From assembly GCA_048939765.1 (NCBI GenBank), contig JBHLPF010000041.1, forward strand, positions 1 through 24,634: a DNA stretch of 24,634 bases, read 5' to 3'. Shown piece by piece: positions 8,228 through 15,090 of the stretch. Each line of letters opens with the position of its first letter. Position 1 is the stretch's first letter. The notes beneath the pieces were generated by a model. The model was not told where the DNA came from, searched no databases, and worked only from the letters and a program-made list of their open reading frames with translations. A program made the position numbers and the translations under genes. The DNA is from Promethearchaeota archaeon. Its GTDB lineage: Archaea; Asgardarchaeota; Thorarchaeia; Thorarchaeales; Thorarchaeaceae.

Positions 8228-10174
8228 TTAAGCTACTACCTCAAGGACACCATCAAGTACAAGCTTCGTCGCAACAAACTTCATTGCAGGCAGGCTGACA
8301 TTCAGCTTCTTCACAACATCCTGCAATGCAGTAGCACCATCACAAAGATCAACAAACTTGACCACAACTGCACCGTAGGCCTTCTGGGTCTCTTCATCAA
8401 CCTCTCCACTCTTCCGCAAATGGCTGTCTGGCTGAATCTCAACTTGGAAGTCAATCCAACCAAAACGTTCCATTAGCTGAAGGCATCCGATAACAGTTTC
8501 ACGTGGAAGATCAAGACTCCTAACAAGCCCACCAACCGTCGCAGTCCCATCAATGGCAGCTTTGACTTCTACTACAGCTTTCCCGACCTCACGGTTATCA
8601 AAGGGTAGCGCCTTTCCAGCCTCACGTGCACGCGCAACGTAATCGAAGCTCACTGGACGCAATGGCAGCTGATTGAGCACCATAAACATGGAGGTCTCGA
8701 ACTTTGCGGGCGACCCATCCCATGTTTCCCAGATGCCTTCGTACATATGCTCAATCTCACGTAGGATGCCACCCATAGTCCTCCTATGTTCTTCTTCAGC
8801 TGAATCATTGGTAACTATGAGTGCCATCACAAAATGCTCTGACTTCTCTACCATCACAAGATTTCCTTCATGTTCGATGGTTTCTAAAGCATCAGTCTTG
8901 TCTGCAATCCCGCTGGCATCTCCGTCAATACCACCAAATGAGTCTAGAGCAGATATTAGAGAGGCAACGGAGTTTGTATCAATCTCGTCCCCCGAGTAAT
9001 TCAGGTGATAGGAAACCTCTGAGAGACCTTCCTTTTGGACGATTAGCAGTAAATGCAAGATTCGCGCCTGCTCAAGAATTCGTGTATCTACGACTTGAGG
9101 AGTCACTATTTCATCGGAGTGGCGGGAGGTCGATACAGCCACTTCTGCCTGTGGTGAATCCGACGTTGTGCTTGTGTTGCCAGTCGCAGTTGTCGTTTCC
9201 TGATATGGCTCCACAACGTATTCTCCATCTCCTGCAGCAGCGGCCCTTCTCGCTTCAGGCACTGGTTCAATCTCTTCGGTCCCCTTACGGACTGTGATCA
9301 TCTCGCTGATAGGCCTGTCAGGCAATTGAACGCCGACTGTTTTCGCGGCGACCTCAAGCATAAGACGGATGAACTCCTCTCTGCGAGTCTTGTCGGTGGC
9401 CACCATGCTGAATGTTGGAGCACCAAGGAGACGCTGGATTTTCTCGCCCCTCATTGACTCTGGCAAGTCCTGCTTGTTTGCAATGATAAACAACGGAACA
9501 GCAGGTGCCTCTTTCTTAATCGTTCTGAGAAGAGTCTTTGTCTGCATGACATTTCTGAAGCTGGAGTCTGTCACAAGGAAGATCACGTCTGTACCAGCGA
9601 AGTAGAATTGCCAGAGGTCTTGGAAGACAGCCTGTCCAGCAAAGTCCCAGACAGTAACCAAAAAAGTGCCAAACTGTATTGTTTCCGAAGAGTCCACAGC
9701 GACGTTGATGGTTGGGACATATCCACCGGGAGCTGGCTCCTTACCGAAGAGAAGCCTCAATAGAGTAGACTTGCCTACACCACCGCTTCCTACATAGCTT
9801 ACCTTAAACCTGGTGAAGATTAGCTCACCAAGAATGTCCTCGAGGTTGTCCCGAATGTAACCGATGCTGTTTCCTCTAAGTGCCGTGGATATACGGGCGG
9901 CTCCTTCACGGACCTTGTGCTTGATGGTACGTTCCTCATCACGCCCGTCGGTGACAAACATCAAAACGAGCTCATCATCGACTGCTCCATGAAACACCTT
10001 GTGTGGGCCAACATAGACTGGTGTATCTGCTGACAGTCCTTCAGTGCTATGGAGGTCTCTCCACCCAGTCAAGAACTCTTGAATATCCGCATCTGTGAAA
10101 TCGATCTTCCAGAATCTGGTTCTAGTCACAACACTACCGTCGACCTTGTCAATCAACAGAACGTTGTGGATCAT
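8228..10174 (-). CDS. Longin - small GTPase (Arf/Rab-like) - linker - longin - tandem winged-helix fusion protein
   Basis: G1 GSGGVGKS (aa129-136), G2 YVPT, G3 WDFAGQ, W-x-x-Y after switch II, G4 NKQD, G5-like VAT. Longin-like patterns at aa1-115 and aa371-500. Two DG-containing wHTH repeats (IDGTATV, CDGATAL). Confidence 0.88.
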   Translation of the reverse strand: MIHNVLLIDKVDGSVVTRTRFWKIDFTDADIQEFLTGWRDLHSTEGLSADTPVYVGPHKVFHGAVDDELVLMFVTDGRDEERTIKHKVREGAARISTALRGNSIGYIRDNLEDILGELIFTRFKVSYVGSGGVGKSTLLRLLFGKEPAPGGYVPTINVAVDSSETIQFGTFLVTVWDFAGQAVFQDLWQFYFAGTDVIFLVTDSSFRNVMQTKTLLRTIKKEAPAVPLFIIANKQDLPESMRGEKIQRLLGAPTFSMVATDKTRREEFIRLMLEVAAKTVGVQLPDRPISEMITVRKGTEEIEPVPEARRAAAAGDGEYVVEPYQETTTATGNTSTTSDSPQAEVAVSTSRHSDEIVTPQVVDTRILEQARILHLLLIVQKEGLSEVSYHLNYSGDEIDTNSVASLISALDSFGGIDGDASGIADKTDALETIEHEGNLVMVEKSEHFVMALIVTNDSAEEEHRRTMGGILREIEHMYEGIWETWDGSPAKFETSMFMVLNQLPLRPVSFDYVARAREAGKALPFDNREVGKAVVEVKAAIDGTATVGGLVRSLDLPRETVIGCLQLMERFGWIDFQVEIQPDSHLRKSGEVDEETQKAYGAVVVKFVDLCDGATALQDVVKKLNVSLPAMKFVATKLVLDGVLEVVA

Positions 10175-10436
10175 TCATCTTTCACTCCGTAGGATAGTCA
10201 ATTCTCTTGATGAGTCCTGCATCTGCCTTACTATTTCCATAGATAAACTAACCTGCTATCAAGATTACTAGTATAGTGCTTTCCTTGTTATCTTCACTTC
10301 ATAGAGAACAAAAGAACTTGTCTAATATGTCTACAATCTCTTCCGACTGCCGCCTTTGGGAAAAGGCTAATGAGTGGCTTCTTGCATCTATTCTCAGTAG
10401 GTAGAATCCGGAACTCCCTTTGGAAGAGGTGGACGG

Positions 10437-12023
10437 TTGAAAACCAACATCGATGTTAGGATTTCGAGCACAATTGCTGTCATCCTTGTTGTTTCTGTAG
10501 GCTTCGTCATACTAGGCAATACAGAATCCCTTATAGTGGATACTCTCGTGAGCCCACCATTCCGAGATTCGAGTATTCTTAGCGCTATGCTTTCTGAGGA
10601 CACTAATGCGAGAATCGCTGTTGTAAAACCCATCTTCAGCGACACGGCCTATTCAAGTGCATTCTACAACTTCTACTATAAATACGCAGGAGTTACGGAC
10701 TACATTGCTACGGACTTGGATCTCCTCAACGTGACTGTGAAGGATGGATGGGGGTGGAGCACGAGATTGAAGAGGTTCCTGACAAGCATCAAGGCAAGTA
10801 TGGCAGGATTATCCTTGAACGAGAGTGTTGAACTCATTGATGAAATAGATGTGACAATGGGTGCACTATTTGAAAATGACAGTCGAGTATATGACATAGT
10901 CATTCTCGGATTCACTGAATATGTCACAATTGAGGAGTACAACTACTACAAGGAATTCGTTGAGACCGGAGGAACCCTGATAATAATGGATGCCTGCAAC
11001 TTCCTGGCTGAAGTGAAGTATTACCCGCCTGCTTCACCTGATGATGTAGGCTATCTAAGTCTGGTGAAGGGTCATGGATGGGAGTTCAACGGTACATATG
11101 CATGGAAATCGGTCTTTCATAGATGGCCTGAAGAAAACAGGAACTGGGTTGGTGGCAACTACTGGAAGTATTGGTATGGTTACCACTATGACTACTTCCA
11201 GTCCAATACCTCGCATCCAATCAGCGTCTACATAAGAAATCACTATGGCGAAAACGTTACTTCAAGTTATTATGCCCATGAGGAGAATATACTGGAGAAT
11301 TTCACGGACTCGCAAATCATTGGGTATTGGCATTTCATCGATCCTGACGAGGCACCGGATAACCCCGTGGTGGCGTACCAACATAGGTATGGAGAGGGAA
11401 GTGTATTCCATTCTGGCATAATGGCAAGCGACGTGGTAGATAAGGATGAAGTCCTTCAGGCGTTCCTAGTAAGCGCTGTTAGAATGGCGATAGAGGGAGA
11501 CGTCGGAGAATGGTCATTCTACGATGATTATCCATTTCTGTCCTCAACTAGCACATTCTATGAAAATGGAACCCAAGTGGAACAAGGTGGACTCTTGTCA
11601 GGAGAAGTCACATTCTGTGTGAATTTCAGCACCAGCATCATTGCCCAAAATCACAGGTATTATTCATTGGAATGGGTGTGGGCTTGTATCGTTCCTGAAA
11701 ACTCAAACGGCCTATTAAACTCGCTAAATGTTAATGGCACTATAATACAAAAGAATCCTCGTACTTGGCAGATCGATGTTAACACTTGGGACCTCTATGA
11801 TGGAGAATACGTGTTTAGAATCTGTTGTAGGTTCACATCAATTTCCAATGCTTCGGACTATTTGGACTCAACTGTAAACGTCTGTGCACATGAGGTGAAG
11901 AACATCCCTGATGCGATTAGAATCAGCCTGTATACTGCAACAGGATCTCTAATGGCAATTGCGATTCTTATTGCCATATCTATCATTTGGAGTGATAACC
12001 GAGAATCGACTGGAGGATTGTAA
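10437..12023 (+). CDS. Membrane-anchored surface glycoprotein with an N,N-dimethylformamidase-beta-like/GATase1-like domain and an Ig-like domain
   Basis: TTG start after GAGGTG. N-terminal signal/TM segment; IAVVKPIFSDTAY and YDIVILGFTEYVT..FVETGGTLIIMDACN patterns; about 11 N-x-S/T sequons; beta-rich C-terminal region (YDGEYVFRI) followed by a TM helix. Confidence 0.65.
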   Translation: MKTNIDVRISSTIAVILVVSVGFVILGNTESLIVDTLVSPPFRDSSILSAMLSEDTNARIAVVKPIFSDTAYSSAFYNFYYKYAGVTDYIATDLDLLNVTVKDGWGWSTRLKRFLTSIKASMAGLSLNESVELIDEIDVTMGALFENDSRVYDIVILGFTEYVTIEEYNYYKEFVETGGTLIIMDACNFLAEVKYYPPASPDDVGYLSLVKGHGWEFNGTYAWKSVFHRWPEENRNWVGGNYWKYWYGYHYDYFQSNTSHPISVYIRNHYGENVTSSYYAHEENILENFTDSQIIGYWHFIDPDEAPDNPVVAYQHRYGEGSVFHSGIMASDVVDKDEVLQAFLVSAVRMAIEGDVGEWSFYDDYPFLSSTSTFYENGTQVEQGGLLSGEVTFCVNFSTSIIAQNHRYYSLEWVWACIVPENSNGLLNSLNVNGTIIQKNPRTWQIDVNTWDLYDGEYVFRICCRFTSISNASDYLDSTVNVCAHEVKNIPDAIRISLYTATGSLMAIAILIAISIIWSDNRESTGGL

Positions 12024-12034
12024 AGCGAATACCA

Positions 12035-13726
12035 CTATTCCTTGAAAGAAATGTGTCCACGTCTATGAAGCTCTCCAAAGACAGTCAAGAGAACACTCTC
12101 ATCGAATCCTAGCTTAGCACCAATTTCACTGATAGTATTCTTGCCATCCACAAGTTCAACGATATTATCAACATGAGAATAGAGAGCGCGGACATCATCA
12201 GAAACCTCTGACACCAGCCTAGGAATATCTCTGGGAAAGATTCGCACTTTCCATTCAATTGCCCCCATTCTATGCAGTAGATGAATTGCACCCACAACCA
12301 TATCGGGGCCGCCAGTGCTCCCAGAAAGCTCAGAGATGGTCTTATGACCGTCTAGATTGTTCCATACTGCTTGAAGGAAATCCTTAACGAGTTCTGATTC
12401 AAATCGATCCCAATCAGGCGTTTCGACCTTCTGGGGAGCAACGCGCCCAGGAAGGTCTTCAGGAGGCAGTGTTGCCAGAAGCTTCAATGTAAATGGAGGT
12501 GATTCGAAGAGTCTTCCACTGCTCTCTCTATTCTCCGGTTTTTCATCCATGTAGAGTTCTGGCAGGAATGAGAAACGTTGACGCATCACTTCTACATCTT
12601 CCTTGTCACCTGTTATCAGCGTGAAGATAATATCGTCTCGCTCAATTAGAGCATATTTGAGACCACCTGCCGAGAAGACGGATGTGGAAGTGGGACTTCT
12701 GTCTAACTGGAGTTGCGAAATAGCTGCGACCACATTTGGCGCAGTTGCCATGTACACTGCATTCTTGTCATAAAGATATGTGAAGCGTGCCTCTCCTGTT
12801 CTTTTGTCGATGACAAAGAAGGCCTGGTGTCCCAAGGGTCCCTCACTTTTGGGACCATTGTCAATTTCCGCATCAATGGTACTGTCGATTGACCATTTCT
12901 TACGAGCCAACTCAGGATGCATGTCAACATATCCAGATGTCGCTAATACTGATAGAATGAGATCAGAAGGAGTAGGCGAAACCGAATCACATAACTCCAT
13001 GAAATATGACGATTCCAGATCTCTAGCACCCTCCAATTCGTTGTCAGAACCCGGTACAACCAAAAGCTTTGCAGATGAGTTGGCTCTGATCTTCTGAGTC
13101 ATTTGTCCTATGACTTCTTTATCAGCTAGGGGTGGAAATAGAATATACACAAAGACATCAACAGCGGCCATTTGTTTATCCCACTCTGATCCAGCAAAGC
13201 GGTCGATAGTCGTCTGGGAAACAAGGACATCAAATGGGCCAATTTTGGCTGGTTTGGAGAAAGCGGATTCTCCGCCATTCAGCCTATTGGCAATCCTCAT
13301 AGCTGCAGTTCCCGATAGATTCTGCTTCGTGGGATTTGAGGCACAGATGAAGCACACGTGAATCTTCCCTCGAAGCTTTTCATCAACCAGCGGCTCGAAC
13401 ATGTGCTTTGCATCCCTGACAGGCATAAGGCTGGCGACACCCCGCATCTCAATACCGATGGATTCGACCACCTGCAGTTCTTCTTCATCTGGCTCTAGTG
13501 AATCAGTAGTGGCGACAATGAGTGTAGATTCATTTACTCTTGAGAGATAGACTAGTATTTCATCAATGGTGGCAGCCAATGGTTTCCCTTCAAGTTCAGA
13601 CATTACCTCAGAATATTTGTCGACAATGCTCAGCAGAAAATCATGAGGAATTTGCGCTTTGACGAAAGAGCGTTCAGCAAGTACTTTCGGTCCTAAAAGG
13701 TCGAAAAGCAGCACCTTAGCTATCAC
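12035..13726 (-). CDS. Longin - degenerate (pseudo) GTPase - longin - tandem winged-helix protein; paralogue of 8228-10174
   Basis: GTG at 13726 lies 11 nt after GGAGG and gives MIAKVLLFD, matching the paralogue's MIHNVLLID. Second longin is HQAFFVIDKRTGE..KYALIERDDIIFTLIT. wHTH repeats LDGHKTISEL and VDGKNTISEI. The ORF is open to TTG at 13777. Confidence 0.78.
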   Translation of the reverse strand: MIAKVLLFDLLGPKVLAERSFVKAQIPHDFLLSIVDKYSEVMSELEGKPLAATIDEILVYLSRVNESTLIVATTDSLEPDEEELQVVESIGIEMRGVASLMPVRDAKHMFEPLVDEKLRGKIHVCFICASNPTKQNLSGTAAMRIANRLNGGESAFSKPAKIGPFDVLVSQTTIDRFAGSEWDKQMAAVDVFVYILFPPLADKEVIGQMTQKIRANSSAKLLVVPGSDNELEGARDLESSYFMELCDSVSPTPSDLILSVLATSGYVDMHPELARKKWSIDSTIDAEIDNGPKSEGPLGHQAFFVIDKRTGEARFTYLYDKNAVYMATAPNVVAAISQLQLDRSPTSTSVFSAGGLKYALIERDDIIFTLITGDKEDVEVMRQRFSFLPELYMDEKPENRESSGRLFESPPFTLKLLATLPPEDLPGRVAPQKVETPDWDRFESELVKDFLQAVWNNLDGHKTISELSGSTGGPDMVVGAIHLLHRMGAIEWKVRIFPRDIPRLVSEVSDDVRALYSHVDNIVELVDGKNTISEIGAKLGFDESVLLTVFGELHRRGHISFKE

Positions 13727-13798
13727 TCTTGGAAGTTCCTCCAGTCTCGTCTGAAATTCACTGTCAGTGATACTCAAGAAGTGGGTACAAGAGATAAA

Positions 13799-15055
13799 TC
13801 AGTCTTCCCTAGCTCGCCTTTCCAGAAATCTGCTTCTTGTCAACAGGCCCCGCATGAGGCTCTGGTACATACTTTCATGCCCATTTCCCTCATAAGTGGA
13901 AACATGTTCTCCGCCTCCCGAAGGAATTGGAGGGAGATCCATGATAGCTTCACCCACCGTTATTGGTGAGGCCAATTCATCATTCTGCAGGGTTTCTGAC
14001 CTTCTCTTTCCACGCTCCAACGAATAGAAGTGAGCCAAAGGCGGCTTGAAGATCGCTCCCTGTCTTGACCCAAGAATGAATACCCTACGTCTTCTTTGGG
14101 GAACACCGAATTCTTCAGCCCTGATGAGATGAGTTGATGTTGCATACTCAAGTCCATTAAGAATAGAGAGCATTTTCTTTAGAACTACTCCATTCTTCAT
14201 CCATTGAAGACCTGGTACATTTTCAATCACCACATAGTCAGGCATCATCCTCTCAACGACTTCCATGAATGGAAGGAAAAGCTGATTCCGAGCATCAAAA
14301 CTATCCCATTTCCCAGCAGTCGAAAATCCTTGGCATGGCGGTCCGCCAGTTATCATTCGCATATTCTTTCCTTTCGCAGCAACATCAATCTCCTCCACAA
14401 CCTCACAAGCACTCCCTTCCATGGACAGGTCAGAACAGAGCACAGTGGTTTCAGGATGGTTGTGCTTGTGGGTTTCACACATCTTTGGATTGAAATCGGA
14501 AGCAAGGACTATTGAATGACCAGCCTGAGAAAGCCCCTCGGAGAGACCCCCCGCTCCAGAGAATAAATCCGCAACAAGTCCAGGTTTGACCTGTTTTCCT
14601 AATGCACAAGCCAGGAGAGGAGGGACTGCATTCCCGATTTGCTTGAACATGGAGGTGGTGCTTCCTAGAAATCTGTAGCTATCAGGAAAGGATTGGAGCC
14701 GAGCTGCTTCTCTAATCGAAATCAATCTGTCTTGCACGGGGTGAATGAACGTCCCATTTCCAGGTCTATTGAAGTATGTATTGATTGTGTAGCTTGGCAA
14801 GTTCTCACTTAGCCTACCGTAGTATGTTGTGCGCCCTCCTGACGCTCGTATTTGGCGGAGGCGAGCTGATTTCTTTGCTACGTTAAGCGGGATGTCCTTC
14901 CAATTTCCTCCCGGACGGACGGCCTGTATAATCTCCATGTCGAGTTTGCTGAGCTTCGCACTTACATGGTTGTAAAGCATCTCCTCGGAGGAATGCTCGT
15001 TAAAGGACTCGGAGGTAGCAATTCCCATTCCAGTATCACCAAAATCCAACTGCAT
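13799..15055 (-). CDS. Circularly permuted C5-cytosine DNA methyltransferase (Eco31I/Alw26I/Esp3I type)
   Basis: Motif order is TRD, IX (RLISIREAARLQSFPD), X (KQIGNAVPP), I (DLFSGAGG), IV (GGPPCQGFS), VI (ENVPG), VIII (QRRRRVF). Confidence 0.92.
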   Translation of the reverse strand: MQLDFGDTGMGIATSESFNEHSSEEMLYNHVSAKLSKLDMEIIQAVRPGGNWKDIPLNVAKKSARLRQIRASGGRTTYYGRLSENLPSYTINTYFNRPGNGTFIHPVQDRLISIREAARLQSFPDSYRFLGSTTSMFKQIGNAVPPLLACALGKQVKPGLVADLFSGAGGLSEGLSQAGHSIVLASDFNPKMCETHKHNHPETTVLCSDLSMEGSACEVVEEIDVAAKGKNMRMITGGPPCQGFSTAGKWDSFDARNQLFLPFMEVVERMMPDYVVIENVPGLQWMKNGVVLKKMLSILNGLEYATSTHLIRAEEFGVPQRRRRVFILGSRQGAIFKPPLAHFYSLERGKRRSETLQNDELASPITVGEAIMDLPPIPSGGGEHVSTYEGNGHESMYQSLMRGLLTRSRFLERRARED

Positions 15056-15090
15056 GATTAGATCGAATGCAGCTAGGTGGAGAAGTAATC

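Noticed and set aside
8228-10174. Calling this protein a true Rag, Arf or Rab orthologue
   Set aside because: The G motifs are generic Asgard Arf/Rab-like. There is no N-terminal amphipathic/myristoylation helix, no C-terminal prenylation cysteines and no directly attached roadblock domain; phylogeny is needed.
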